A stretch of 64,000 bases of DNA, taken from contig JAMWBK010000010.1 in assembly GCA_029953675.1 (NCBI GenBank), forward strand, positions 1,626,455-1,690,454. The letters run 5' to 3'. This DNA is from Rhodosorus marinus CCMP1338 (taxonomy: Eukaryota; Plantae; Rhodophyta). Under the pieces are notes generated by a model. The model searched no databases, was not told where the DNA came from, and saw only the letters and a program-made list of their open reading frames with translations. Positions 11,554 to 24,408 of the stretch are shown piece after piece. The position numbers and the translations under genes were made by a program. Each line of letters opens with the position of its first letter. Within the stretch, counting starts at the first letter, position 1.

Positions 11554-12104
11554 ATGAGTAAGTGGAAGCCGTTTCCCGTTGATCCGACAAAAATACCGTC
11601 GGCGGTGCCACCGCTGTACCCAGGTGATCTAACGGAGACAAACTGGGTGCCACCGGCCTTCAAATGGATGAAAAGAATGAGTCCGAACCTATCCGTGTTT
11701 ATCGGAACGAGCGTTCTGGTCGTTGTCCCGACCTCGTTGTACTATTTCCTCTGGCTGAATACAAGTAGGCACTCTCTTCAAAGTCTGCTCTCTCTGCTTT
11801 CATGTACCACCTTTGGGAAATGTGACACTCGTTAAACTGCAAAACGCGGTGCAGTATTAAGTTTGGAACATATTCTGGATGTGCAAGGACATTCTTTTGC
11901 ATGCTAGAGCGTTCTCACTCACAGGGAGTCTTTTTTTTTAAACTGCTAGGGACTCTTCCCGAGAGTATGTCGAAGGAATGGCGCGACGAAACAGAGAGGC
12001 AGTTCCGCGAGGGGAAGCAACAGAGATCATATGGTCTGGACAAAGTACAGATCGAACCTATTTCACAGTTCATGAAGGAGGGAAAGCACAGGCAGCAGAA
12101 GTGA
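11554..12104 (+). CDS. Cytochrome c oxidase subunit IV-like protein; 2 exons (predicted intron 11765-11949)
   Basis: A single TM helix (LSVFIGTSVLVVVPTSLYYFLW) splices in frame to RTLPESMSKEWRDETERQF...IEPIS, resembling the COX4 P-x-T/S-x-S-K-E-W and N/EPIS motifs. Confidence 0.65.
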
Positions 12105-12493
12105 ACCCTTGCCAATCTCAGGGATGCGTGGAGCACTCCGATAAAACTAATTGGGTTGGGGTTCAGGTCATCCCCCCGATGCTCCACCAACCAGGAGTAC
12201 TTACTAGAGTGGTTCTAGTTAGTAAACAAAAGTTTCAGTACACTTCGTTAGCCTGGTCAAGTGAATTCTCTTGAAGAACTCCATCTTCTGGGACACTTGT
12301 GTGACCTTCCCCCATGCCGTTCCGACCTCAGAGGCAAAGAATTGGTTCAAGCATTACTACATCGAAGTGTGCCGTGAAAAGCCTCTGAGCCGTCGCCCTT
12401 GGCTGCAGTATTGAATCCCGGTGAGACATATTGACAGTATGCCTGTTCGACTAAAGCACGTTGTCTTCAGGTGAAGAGCACTAAAGCTCTGCA

Positions 12494-12555
12494 CGGATCT
12501 GACGATCACAGTTTAGGTCTACCGGATCTGATACTCACAGTTTAGGTCTACCGGA
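12494..12555. repeat. Tandem duplication, about 29-bp unit x2
   Basis: CGGATCTGA...CACAGTTTAGGTCTAC occurs twice. Confidence 0.85.
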
Positions 12556-13705
12556 GGTGGGTCGCAACAAACGCAATTTTATCGCACTGGTAGGTACCCC
12601 ACCGTAAACCGTTTAGCTCTGAAGAATAGCTCGACAAGCCAGCCCCCCAGAAAAGATTAACGGGTTGCTTTGTGATATGTATTTTTGGCGCTCTTTTCGG
12701 AAGCTTTGGCTTTCTACAGTTTAACCATAGCCCTAACCCCAGGAGCTCATGATGCTTCCAGAAAACAACGGGGCACGTGGAACACCCAATCCATTTTTTT
12801 CTAGTTCCATATTTCAACAGCAAAATATTTTTTGGGATTCTGAGAACAGATTTGAGGGCTACCAGGATTCCTCCGCGGCGTTTGCGAGCAGTTTTTGAAG
12901 GTCGTTTTTGTTGGGATTCCGCGATTCTCTGGAAACTCGCGAGTTCTGCCCCAGAGGGATTTCTGTTTAGCGAAATTTGTAGCTAAATATTAGACATGCT
13001 GATTGGGGCCGACTGAGGGGTTTGGAATGCCTCTCCGACGGAGAACATAGAGTTGCTTATCGAGAGGCTTTGTCCTGGATGAAAACCGTGTAGCAGGAAA
13101 CTCAAGCGAGAACTGTGAAAGAGAAGGATACTGGACCTTGTCCGCCTGCGATCCGTGCAGCGGTGGTATTCTCCCTACCCGCAGAAAGTAGCATTCACAA
13201 TTCTTTGCGGCCCGGTCCAAAACCAGAATTCTCGAAGGATTCTGCCGAAGGGACGGAGAAAGTGCTGATCAGCTTCTTAGCCGAAATCTGACAGGCTACG
13301 AGCGATCGAAGATACGTCAGCAAAAGGGAAAGGGCTCCTTTGGTTAGGTCAGACCATCAGATGTACGTTCGTTCCTCTCCGGAAGCTTTTTCCTGGACCA
13401 CGAGTATTTGGTTTTGACAACGCTTTGCCTTGCCTTGCAGAAACTGGAGCATGGAGTAAACCTCGCACTCCATTGCCCAGATCTGTATCCAGGAGTTCAG
13501 ATACCTTGCTTCCGTTATGGGTAAGCGAAATGAAATAGACCTTTCATCTCTGTTGTCGTTCGAGGAAGGTCCTGCGAGAGAGTAAGCGTGAACCCATTCT
13601 CCAATACTGGCTAGCATCTTTTGGTTCGTGGAGCTCGGGCATTGCTCTGCTTAAGTTCGTTCCAGGTTTCAGTACGCTAGACAAACAATTGGCTTTGGAC
13701 ATGTA

Positions 13706-15943
13706 GTGCTCACGATACTCCGCCGGCTCGGATCCTTTGGTTCCACCTTGCTTAGGTTTGATGATCTCTTGGCGGAGTTGACCGTGAATTCCAGACCCGT
13801 AATACACTTTTTAACTTCTGTAGCCGCCGATAACTCTGCACACGTCAACGCGATTTCTTTCGTGCTTGAATGGCGTATCTACCACTCTTCGTCGGACAAG
13901 AGGTTGCCCCTCTTGTACTTGTTGGACTCCATCGTAAAGAACGTTGGGTATGCGTATAATAGTCGGATCGCGGAGAACATTGTGGAAACCTTCACCAATG
14001 CGTATGAGTTCTCCTCGCTTGAGTTGCGGCAAGTCATGAAGACGCTTCTAAACACGTGGTTTGGACTGTTCGATACAAGTATCTGTGACGCCATATTAGT
14101 GCGTCTGAATGAGATGGATAAGGCAGGAGTGAAAGCTGGTTTAGTATATGTAAACCCGCGAGCTTTGAGAAAGCCTGCCGGTTTGAAGCAAATTCAACAA
14201 AAGAAAATTCTCGAGCAGAAGCTGCGCGTGTCACGAGCTAAGCAGAAAGCAGATCCGAAGGCCATCCGCGGAGACGACTCGAACCCGAATGTGAGTTCGC
14301 ATTCACACAGGCATACAATTGTTTTCTGTTCCTCCCTAACAGATTACACTCTTTCTTTTCGAATGTCAAGGTGGTGGAGGTTGATGACAATGATGGTGCA
14401 TTATCGCTACGTGTCGATGTAGGTTTTGCACAACTATGGAAGAATAAACTGCTAATAACCAGAGCGCGAGGCTTCGTTTTGTTTAACAAAAGCTCTGTTC
14501 TACGCTCGCCCTCAGGGGATGGACTACAACAATGTTGAGAGGCAAACTGAAAATTTGGTCAAGGAGATAGCAGAGGGTTTGTTGAAGAAAGAACAGCCCT
14601 CTGAGGAAAAGATTACTAAGCTGAAGAGGTTGGTGAACTACCAACTCAAGAGAGCAAAAGATGATATGACTATCGAAGGGCTTAACGCCTTGGTTGTCAT
14701 GATTCGACAACTGGAAGGCGACAAAAAAAGTGAAGAGCCATCGCAGACTTTAGCCACGCCCGACAAGGATGGTCCTGCTGAACAATCCGAACAATGGAAG
14801 GAGGGAGCGCAGCTCGACGAGCAGGACGGTAGACAATCAGATTCACCTGATAGCAGAGCGATCGCAGTTGCGACGGACAATGTAAGCAAGAACAACGGCG
14901 GATTCTGTGTTGGAGAGGGAGGTCAACAAGCGCGATCACAGGTAGCAGCTGAGCATGAAGTCACTGGCGCAAGCTATGGCATGGGCCCCGGTCAATCGGA
15001 AGTGGTGAGCACTTCTCACCAGGGATCATCGATAGACCCTGCTCAGATCGCCTCCCTTTTGTCGCAATCGGTGACCGGAGGCGCCCAAATAACGCCGTCT
15101 AGCTCTGGGACTGCAGCACAAAGTGGATCGCATAATCAATTGGGTGGAATTCTGCCTCTCAGTGCTGTGGACGCTGAAAGGCTTGGTACCTTGTCCGCGC
15201 TTGCCTCAAGCGCTGGTGTCACCCCCGAGACTTTGATCCAGCTGTTGGAGATGACACAAGGACAACCGCAGATAGCCCCGTTGCAGGCGCAGCCAGTTGG
15301 ACTACAGCAGAGTGTACCTGTCCAACAACAATCATCGCCGGCCTCCGCTGACAGCTTGGTGTCTATGCTACAGAAGCAACTGTCCTCGTTGCTTGACCCG
15401 AGTGCCCAGAACGCTGCTGATTTCATGGGAGCTATGATGCAGGGGTCGGCGCAGTATGTCGTTCCTACAAATGCTGGAAACCCAGCACCTACAATCGTGA
15501 AAGCGGATCAGGCAGGGGCGCTCTGGGGCCAAGCGCCCTCTTCAATTCAACATTCGATGGCTCCTCATGCCCAGTATTCGGCTACTGGAGGTTTTCCGTT
15601 CGCGAACCTCCAAGGGCAACTGCCATTCTCGACGGATCCCAAAGTAGCGATAGCAGAAAACGGTACAGCGAAGAACGAAGTACGAACTGATGCACCAGCC
15701 GGTTCGAAAAGGAAAGAATCCCGAAGAGACCGAGCAAAGGGGAGCTCCGCGGGAAAGAGGCATGCGAAAAAGTCTGGAAAAGGTCGCAACCGAAATTGGT
15801 CGCGATACCGACGGGAGACGCACGCTGACGCTGACGAGGGAGCCGAAGACCCCGAGGGCTGGTTGGCAGCCCTTCAGGAGCAGCAGGAACAGCTCGGTGA
15901 TGAGGAAGATGGTGAAATTGTTGAGGAAGGAGAAGTGGAATAG
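13706..15943 (+). CDS. PCF11: PCF11-like CTD-interacting-domain (CID) protein; multi-exon, true start uncertain
   Basis: ELTVNSRPVIHFLT...KRLPLLYLLDSIVKNVG is a CID signature. Probable introns lie near 14291-14370 and 14420-14516, followed by a long Q/S/A-rich exon (14519-15943). Confidence 0.75.
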
Positions 15944-17580
15944 CGGTTGAAGGACTCTGGACATCTGCTCTGCTTTTAACTACGAACTAACTTGAGCTTT
16001 AGGACCGTGGCACCCGGCGTACGAATTAAGGTTGCTTTGCACACTTGAGGATGTCGCGATCTCGGGTGGTTGTATATCGCTATTATGCCTAAAAGCTGTG
16101 ACTGATAATCGGTTAACGCTAAATTTCGACTCTCGACGGTTGTCGCATCTTTCTCGACAAGCCAGACTCTGCCTGCCAAGACTCATTCGCCAGACCTGTG
16201 ATTCTGCGATTTGTATTAGCAAGGATTAGCAGTGCTGACGTGGGACCCCGCCTTGCGAGCTGCTTACATCCGCAGCAAAGCGTTTCCCCTCGAAGCTTTT
16301 ATGCGTATATGCGTTTAGAGGTCAGAATTCGTCGACACAACCTTTTCTCAATCTCATTTCGAATTGCGTAAGGGGACATGGAACAACTGTGGCTGGCGCG
16401 GCTTTCTCATTAGAACTGGGAAGCTACTCGTCTTTATTTGACTTCCTGGTAGCTCGTCCGCAACTGGCTCCACGCGAAAGCAGCTGTTGGTGGCATAAAT
16501 TTCTCCTGTTAAAACTGTACTCTCCTCCTCAGACCTGCCTACTTTTTCTGCAACGGGAAGTAGTCGTGCTTGTCGGGAAGAAATCGGATAATTCACACGA
16601 TTTCCCACGGAGTTGCTCAAATGCTCAGTGCTTACTAATTCATTTGGTTCCACATAGAGTTCTCCGGGGCTGGTGTTAAATTTATCACCCAACTGAGAAG
16701 CAAAGCACCGATTGCAGACTGAAATAAGAAGAACTGCAGAGAACATCAACAGTTTCTAGAGCAAAAATCCTAAATCAGGATTTGAGGTATCCCTCATCCC
16801 TTTACTCAGAGCAAACTACCTTGAGAAGGCAGACACAAGATGTTAACGACGACGCGCGTCATCAGCGTCTTATTTCTCGCTTCTCAGGGTAGTTAGGCTC
16901 TGGCTAAACGGACGGAATGACGGCGCGTCAAACAATAACCCGCGGTTGATCCCACGGAGTCAAAGACAGTTCCGTGAGGAGGCTATCAAGACGTCTTGGG
17001 TCGCTTCGAAAGAGATACACGAAGCCAACAAGAAACTGTGCTATCAACTAAGCTATAGCGCTCAGCGATGAAAGGAACAAAGAGATATAATAATGCCGAG
17101 TCGCGAAGCGCAGAGTGTCACATTTCGTAACTGGACTCTTTCAATTGCCTCCTTGACCGACCCATCCGCGTTTTAGTGCGGCTGAAACTGGCATTTGTAT
17201 AGGTTGGCATCCTAGTCGGCCAACCATTCGCGAAATGCTGCCAAATGGTTTCTGCGTAGTTCAGGTACACAAGCGACTAGAGCACAGGACAGCTGTTAAG
17301 ACCAAGAGAAAGTCTGGTCATTACAAGAGGGTGGCTTGAAACACTGTGTAGTTCCAAGATCGAGGCAGGCAAGGAGCGAGAAAGATATGCTGATTCACTG
17401 ACGAGAAATAATAATAATAAATGAAGAAGTTGGCTAAAGACCACAGTTTAAGAAAACAGATTGGTTATGGCTCCTCTTCATAATATGTTTTTTTGCTCGA
17501 TTGCAGAATTGCTCGGAACGGTATAGAACTACAGGATGATGACCATTGCGTTTGCTGGCTGCTGTTACCATCTTGGTTTT

Positions 17581-17681
17581 GGCGGTTTAGTTATCTATGC
17601 CGAAAGTGGACGGCGGTTTAGTTATCTATGCCGAAAGTGGACGGCGGTTTAGTTATCTATGCCGAAAGTGGACGGCGGTTT
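17581..17681. repeat. Minisatellite, 31-bp unit x3 plus a partial unit
   Basis: GGCGGTTTAGTTATCTATGCCGAAAGTGGAC repeated head-to-tail with no spacers. Confidence 0.95.
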
Positions 17682-17867
17682 CTGCGGGCGTTCCAGCGTC
17701 AGAAAAAGGATGGTTATGGTCTTAGTCGTTTCGCTAGGAACTCGTTAGAGCGGGAAAGCGGTCGAAAGCTCCACCACGCACTCTGAGAATTGTATTTCCA
17801 AAAAAATTCGTAACCGCTATCCAACAGGACAACATATTTTCTTAGAACGTGTCCCTTTTTTTTTTAA

Positions 17868-18081
17868 AGAACTCGTCCATAGCGCGGCTGAACAACGAGT
17901 GCTGCGGAGATCTGCAGGGTTCTGCGGAAACGACTGAACCGACGGTGCTCGCATTCGGACCATATTTTCTTCGAGTGTGTCACTTTAGAAACTCGTCCGA
18001 ATAGCGGCTCGAGAACTAGTGCCGCGGAGGTCTGCGGGGTTCTGCGGAAACAGCTGAACAAACTGTGCTCGCATGCGAACC
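17868..18081. repeat. Diverged direct repeat, about 120-bp period x2
   Basis: AACTCGTCC...GCGGCT...TCTGCGGAAAC...GTGCTCGCAT occurs near 17868 and 17988. Confidence 0.75.
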
Positions 18082-18453
18082 AACAGAGCCGACGCTAGGT
18101 AGCAAGATCTCGCAACGGACGGCAGGGCCTGCTGATGCGTTTCGAGGATATGCATGTCATTTCATCAAAGCAAGTCCCTTCAACTGAAATGATCCCAACC
18201 CTTTAGTTTCTTGGAAGTTGGATTCCAAGACATTAAAAAGGACTACTCAGGCGTTTTGGGCCAGAACTCTGTTTCGCTTCTGAGTCAGCTGATTGATGGC
18301 TAAGATTCGTTGCTGCCGAACAGGAGTTGAAGTTGACGGGGGGCTTTTAAATAGGTCAGTGAGGGGGACGGGGCAGCCACGAGCGTGTGCGCTTCCACAG
18401 TTCAGAGCTTTTAGTTCAGAGGAAGGGACTTGTGGAGCAATATGGAAAGTTGA

Positions 18454-20349
18454 GTGGCAATTAGCGGGTTTGGTTTCGAACGTTCAAAACACTTGGCTCT
18501 TGTTGCGATGCAGTTGACAGCCAGCAGTTTCACCGTTGTAACAGATGGACAAGTTGTCCTTGGGGGTTTCAACGGTGTGCGAAAGATTGTTTGCTCTGTG
18601 GGTGCTGGAGCCAGGAAAATCGCGATTCTCGAGGAGTTGCTAGGTAGTACAAGCAGCGCGATTGGGGAGACTTGGGAACATGGCCACGTCGCGAGGGGTT
18701 TCATTTCCAATGATATCGGAGTTCTTGACGTTATAGGGCTAGATGGTGGTGGGGCCGAAATAGGAGACCCCTCAACGGAGGAGGAGGGCGAAATCTGGGA
18801 AACCCGAGCGAATCTCTTTGCTCTTCTTGGTGCGGACGTTATTCTGTTGAACTTGAGCATTAACGACGTCGCGAGGAGGGATGGATCATATTTCCAACTC
18901 ATCAACCGTGCACAAGAGTTAGGGCGCGTTGGAGACGTTTTCGTTCTGCTGCACGATTACGACGAGAGGACACGAGAGGAGAAGCTAAAGTCAATGGTCT
19001 TGGATAGGCTTTCAGTGGAGATTGAACCAGATAGGGTCTTTATCGCCCCCCATTCAAAATACATGAAAGCGGAATTTAAGGCCAGCCTAGCACAAGCGAG
19101 GTCATATGTGCTATCGTGCATTGGAAAACAGTCGGATTCGGAGCAGCCTGCGCGCTTGCAGCTTGCATGGGAACTGTCCCGGGCTGGTTCAGTTCCTCTC
19201 ACTTCTAGGATGCTGTCGCTGGCTGTCTGGAGTGACGAATCTGCACATCAGCTGCTTCGAGGCCTGTCTAGCTCTTTGGAATCTATTCAGTTGAGCTCGG
19301 GGGAGGTTGGCAAGCGGCTATCGGAGACGCGCATGAGTCTGCTCGCGGAGTTTTCCGCTGGCTTGTGGTGTAACCCATTGTGTGAGCCCTGCTTCGCGAT
19401 GGAAAAGGTTGCTGAATTCAACGAGAATGTTGAGGGAATAGTGACACAGTTCTTTTCGGATCACCTAAGCCGTGTTAAGTACAATCTCGTGACCAAAGCG
19501 AAGTCGCGTCTGAATAGAAAACCCGAAAGAGACTCTGACATACCCTTCAGCACACACTACAGGATGGTTCTTCGCCAAGCAGTCGCCGAATTCGACTACC
19601 GTGCTGACCGAGGCAGCATGGACTGCTTGCGTGAGCCTCTTTTGCTAGCGAGAAAGATTCTATTGACGGAAATAGAAATGATGGCAGTTGGCTGCCGAGA
19701 GACTCGAGCGGAAATCACAGAACGTTCAGCTGTGGAAAGATTTCGGGCCACTTTCGAAACCGAACTAGGTCTGAGGCATCCTGTGGAGACCGCGTCTTTA
19801 ACCTACTGGTCCGAGGTTACGAGCACAGCTCGAACGGTTTGGAGAGGAGTCGAAGAGCACCTGCAATATGCCCTCGACTATGAAATGTTGGGATTCCAAC
19901 CATCTGAGGTATCGCGGCGAGTGGCAGACATATCAGTGTCTTGCCATACTGTTGCGGTGAATGTGTGCCGCGCAGCATGTGGTAGCGAGAGGGTTTTTTC
20001 AAATAAGCTTAGAGAGGTATTGCGGGCTCGTATGCCGGATCGGTGGCCAGCCACCCTAAGTTTTCCCCAGCAGGTCAGAGAAATTGCAACAACTACTGGC
20101 CTGAGGATAGCCCTGTTCAGCTTTGTTCTGTTGGGTCAGCTGAAGGAAGTTCTTGGGCAACCGCCGCCGCCGATCGTTGAGCACTTCTCGGCGGAGGCTC
20201 GTGAGAGGTTGGTACAGGATCTTACACGATCTGCTGAGGCTGAAGGACGAAGGGCACTCTTCGACCAACTCGGCCACGGACTTGAGTTTGCCCGCACGCT
20301 CGCGTCTGTTGTTGTTGGCGTTTCGAACACCGTGTCCATGATTCGATAG
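18454..20349 (+). CDS. Divergent Sey1/RHD3 (atlastin-like GTPase) homolog, apparently lacking an intact P-loop
   Basis: 631-aa ORF (start uncertain) with VLDVIGLDG, WETRANLFALLGADVILLNL, VFVLLHDY and FIAPHSKY. These parallel RHD3 VMDVEGTDG, FERKSALFALA.SEVLIVN, LLFVIRD and ALPHK. No GxxxxGKS. Confidence 0.6.
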   Translation: MAISGFGFERSKHLALVAMQLTASSFTVVTDGQVVLGGFNGVRKIVCSVGAGARKIAILEELLGSTSSAIGETWEHGHVARGFISNDIGVLDVIGLDGGGAEIGDPSTEEEGEIWETRANLFALLGADVILLNLSINDVARRDGSYFQLINRAQELGRVGDVFVLLHDYDERTREEKLKSMVLDRLSVEIEPDRVFIAPHSKYMKAEFKASLAQARSYVLSCIGKQSDSEQPARLQLAWELSRAGSVPLTSRMLSLAVWSDESAHQLLRGLSSSLESIQLSSGEVGKRLSETRMSLLAEFSAGLWCNPLCEPCFAMEKVAEFNENVEGIVTQFFSDHLSRVKYNLVTKAKSRLNRKPERDSDIPFSTHYRMVLRQAVAEFDYRADRGSMDCLREPLLLARKILLTEIEMMAVGCRETRAEITERSAVERFRATFETELGLRHPVETASLTYWSEVTSTARTVWRGVEEHLQYALDYEMLGFQPSEVSRRVADISVSCHTVAVNVCRAACGSERVFSNKLREVLRARMPDRWPATLSFPQQVREIATTTGLRIALFSFVLLGQLKEVLGQPPPPIVEHFSAEARERLVQDLTRSAEAEGRRALFDQLGHGLEFARTLASVVVGVSNTVSMIR

Positions 20350-21235
20350 GTGTGGAATACATAGCAGTTCACTAGTCGTTTGGGGTGATATTCTTCTACG
20401 AGCAGGTGCTCGTAGAAGAATACCTTCCAAGTCAACTGCGCGGGACTAGTCTTTGATTCCCCTCATACGTCTTACTACTTGTATATAAAAAGATCCAATA
20501 TCTACGAAGGGAGTCGGCATTTATCATGTACCGAGATCGGGGCTGTGGGCTGTCTGCAATTTCTTGCGTGCCTATCTTAGAAAGAAAACGGTGCCTTGGG
20601 TGAAACACTTGAATAGTGGCGTAACTCTAAGTGTGTCTAGTAGTATTGGTAATTTCTTTCTGGTTGAGATAAGATTGACACGTGCGTCGTCATATCACCT
20701 CGTAGTTGCGCACAAATTCTGTGAGGAAAGTGCAGGTGGTCCGCTGCGCTTCGAAACTCTCGCATGGATGGACTTAGGCTACTGGCTGCAGATAGTAGCA
20801 AGGGCCAAAGTTGTCCCTGTATTCGAGTCCTACGTTAGAAACGCAAGGCTCGAGTCTGAGCCGAACAGGACCATTTCCAGCTTTGCACGAATATCGCTGT
20901 ACTGATTGGACGGCTATGAAGTTCACTATGAGCTATGCACCAATCTCGTCCCGTAAGATTTTAATAGAAGTATCACGAGATTTAATTGGCTTTTCTTGAT
21001 TGCTAATCGGATTAGTTCGCTGTCATTCGCTTTCCTGCCGTTTTATACCGCCAATTGGTCGATCTCCGCTGAGCGCGATCGTATAAGGGAACCGTAGTTT
21101 CGCACTACTTCAAAGGACTTTCTTTGAGACTGTGGTTCATCCTGATGCGAGCTAGCTTGCAGCGTGCAAAATGTGCTGAGTATACACGGGGTTCTTGAGC
21201 CTTTGCAATTACTAGTTTGTTCTCTGTGTTTGAGG

Positions 21236-21715
21236 ATGGGTCCTCCAGGACGCTATCGGTTTCCGAAGGATATATATGCTCCAACGGGTCAGTTTTGGGC
21301 TAACCCTCGGAATTGGAGGAGGAACACGGCTTTGAGTATCGCAGGTATGGCCGTTGCTTACCTGTGGCTTATAAAGGTTGGTATGGATCACGAGGTGAGT
21401 TTCAAGTAGTCAATTGTACACATCAAGGCAATCTTTTACGGGAAATTGAGGAGGCGTGCGTTTTACCGCACCCTCCCAAGCTTCGTATTAGATGCTTTGT
21501 GTTTAAAAAAACAAAAGAGGAGAAAGCGGTGTTCGGATTTTCGAAGCTAACTCTTTGTCGTTTCTGTTTGGTAGGTACTGGCTAGACCCCCAAGGAAGAA
21601 AGTGCCGTGGAGGCCGAACTTGAAACCTGTGCCGTATGGAGAGGACCCGTGGGCTCCAGAAAACCAGCGCAATTATGAAGGAGGACAGATGGACGATGCG
21701 AAGTCGCCGGAATAA
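21236..21715 (+). CDS. Complex I NDUFB2/AGGG-like subunit (plant/fungal type); 2 exons (predicted intron 21395-21574)
   Basis: RFPKDIYAPTGQFWANPRNWRRNTALSIAG plus a TM segment, spliced in frame to VLARPPRKKVPW. Confidence 0.75.
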
Positions 21716-23239
21716 TGGCCGCTTGACTATTTATATGCAGCGATTCGATCAACCTTTCCATTATCTTTTGTTTGTTTGTTGCCGTTAGCCGACGATGAAC
21801 GTGGAGCCGTCGAACTCAAGTTCTAGTGACTAATAAAATCAGGTCTCCGCGGGATCCGAAAATTCTAGTCTTTCGGTGGAGCCTCATAACGGTGGAAATT
21901 AGGGACGCGAGGTTGTTAACCGTACCACACGGTCCATAGAATATGCTTTACATGCACTCAACACTCACTTGAAGTCGGTTGAGGTACGAGAGGGATTGGA
22001 GGAAAGCGCGTCTTCTCCGAGTATCAGTTGGAGTGAAGTACTGAACTGAGGCAGTCGGAAAAGACGATCAAGCAGAACGAGCGGTTTGCTGTTCCTTCTG
22101 AATCTATATGAACGCTTAACTTCTATTCGTTCACCCCAGCAGTTGCGTACGAAAATTGTTGGGAGAGGTTCTTCGTCGGAAAGGAGTCGTCACACACAAG
22201 GGGACAAGCTGTGAGACTCGCACACAGCAGTGACAAAAGATGTGACAGCTGTTTTTCTTCTTGATTGACTCACGGGCATTCGCAGCGGCAAGCACCACTT
22301 ACTCAGAGGGCCACGCCCCCGCTCTCCAGAGCACCTTAAGTATACGTCATGCTGTTGCAATTTGGATCCCGAGCGACGTGGCTTATGAGTTCCTTGACAA
22401 CACAGTGAAACGGGCAATATGCTACTGACCTCACCAGTCAAAGCAAATACTGTCTGGCTTCTCCTGCTCATTAGTCCGCACGCCTGGAGACTAGCATTTT
22501 GGTTCAATTGAACTTTGCCTGACGAAAACGAGATTGTAGACGGCTTTGAGTTGTTTATGGCGATCCCGCAATCAGAGATTTTGCAGAGGAAATTCTCACC
22601 CTCTCGATCTGAATGCGAGTGACTTCCAGCAAAAGCATGTATCGGGGTTTGGTTTCAGGATCGCTTTAGTTGACAATGTCACACGCACATTGAGAGGCTC
22701 AAAAAGGCGCAAAAGAGCCTTTAACAGAAGAAGGGAAACCAGCTTGACTATTTACGTCCAACTGGTTGCATGGCGAGGTAACGGCTTGTCGCAGCAAATG
22801 AGAGGCGTTCAAAATTGCATCTAGGAGAAGGACCTATGTTCCTCGCGTTGTTGAGCCCGCAGCCGGCCTGCTAGCCTACAGCAAATTAAATACGAGAGAG
22901 CAGTTTTGAAGACCTCCCGGGGAGAGAAGATACAAGCTCGAGGGTGATGAGGAGCCAAGGCCAAGGTGAGCCGTGATGTCATTCAAAGCAAACCGTATCC
23001 CGGGAAATCGTGTGGAGGGTGCCCTTCACCCGTTTAATCTCTGCGACTTGAAAGTAGTCATGGGCTGAACGCATAGCTTCCTATCTATTAAGGAGCCTTA
23101 TGAGAGGCGCTGTCCTTTGCGGATGGTTGCATGGACTGAGTGACGCAACTGTTGTATTCCCCGATCAATCAGCTCGATCTTCTAGCTTCCATTTCAGCAG
23201 TGCCGACATATAAGTGCTAATCCGGTCCAGCTATTGAAC

Positions 23240-23350
23240 CATGATTACTTCTTGGTATGGCACGCTCTCACTCGTATATCATGAATCATGGTTGCTTCTC
23301 GGCATGATAGGCTGCCATTCTCATGCAATGAATCATGATTACTTCTGAGC
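23240..23350. repeat. Degenerate tandem repeat (about 45-50-bp period x3) abutting repeat E
   Basis: ATGAATCATG(A/G)TT(A/G)CTTCT recurs near 23240 (partial), 23281 and 23328. Confidence 0.7.
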
Positions 23351-23352
23351 GC

Positions 23353-23700
23353 GACAGGCTGTCTAAACATTAGTTGAACATTAGCAAAAACCATCTTTGT
23401 GGTCGCCACTGAAACAGGTAATAATAACCTCCCGTATTGATGAAAATCAAACCTTGGTCAAGTCGGCAAACGACTATTCACCGAAAAAGATGAAAAGAGC
23501 ATTGAAAACTATCGGACGCAATCGGTGGTTGTCGGACCATTTATCGGACGAAGCCCGCTTTATCTTTTCTATTCAGGTCTGATTAACTCATTTCAGACGG
23601 GGGTTGACAAGAAAATATATTCCATTATTACTTAGTACGGGAACGACAAACGTAGATCGGACCGTCTGATAAAATATCAGACGGAGATGACAACCGTAAC
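23353..23700. repeat. Second copy of dispersed repeat E
   Basis: Similar to 2118-2340; begins with GACAGGCTGTC. Confidence 0.6.
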
Positions 23701-24051
23701 TATGGGTAATTGCGCTTTGTTTGCTTACTCTCGCCAACAGAGTAAGTCACGTACTGTCCTATCTAGTACATTTGCTCTCCCTGGTTAAACACGATATCCG
23801 CTGGAAAAGGCCAATCTTCCCATTGTCTTTTCACAGTCAAGAAAAATCGGGCTTTCCTCCCAGCTCGCTGTGTGCTAAGGTTTCCTGATATTTTTGTTCA
23901 TCTACCTAGAAACCCAATAGCCCCATTTTATTACGAACAAATGGCGACCATCTATTGTATCTCAGGAAATAGTAATGAGTCAGTCGATATTCGTGTATAA
24001 TGATTGAAAAATGTGCGTCATGATCGGATTCAACCTTCAACGAAATTTGCA

Positions 24052-24408
24052 TCACCACCCTGGGGGTCCGTATAGTTCTTTTCTTGGATTGGTTTCATTG
24101 TTCGGTGCGTATACCCCTAGGTCATGAGTCCGCAAAATTTCGTCAGGAGGCAGTTCATTTACTGACGGGGAGGGGGTATTCCCCAACAGTAGTTTACCAG
24201 GAAAAAAACAAATTTGTGATAAAAACCCGTCTCTAATCAATCCTATTGATCCTATTGACTGGGAAAACATCCTGATATAGGGGGCATCTTTCAACACTTG
24301 CTCTGTGCGGAAGAATGCTGGTCTGATCTTCATGGGGTGCATTGGCTGAGGTTGATATCCAACTCCCCCTTGAAAGATTATTGTGAAAGCATCTGAAACT
24401 CCGGCCAC
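24052..24408 (-). CDS. Probable terminal exon of an unidentified gene
   Basis: 118-codon open frame preceded on the minus strand by a possible CCTAG acceptor; no recognisable domain. Confidence 0.3.
   Translation of the reverse strand: MAGVSDAFTIIFQGGVGYQPQPMHPMKIRPAFFRTEQVLKDAPYIRMFSQSIGSIGLIRDGFLSQICFFPGKLLLGNTPSPSVNELPPDEILRTHDLGVYAPNNETNPRKELYGPPGW

Noticed and set aside
14483-15964. Many short antisense or overlapping ORFs in the track (here and over the retroelement ORFs)
   Set aside because: They are shadows of longer GC-rich coding frames with no independent motifs.
17581-17681. 31-bp direct repeats as a CRISPR array
   Set aside because: The units are contiguous with no unique spacers, there are no cas genes, and the context is eukaryotic.
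10209-21715. Functional cluster of respiratory-chain genes (COA6, COX4-like, NDUFB2-like)
   Set aside because: Only three genes interspersed with unrelated ones; compatible with chance in a compact genome without synteny data.
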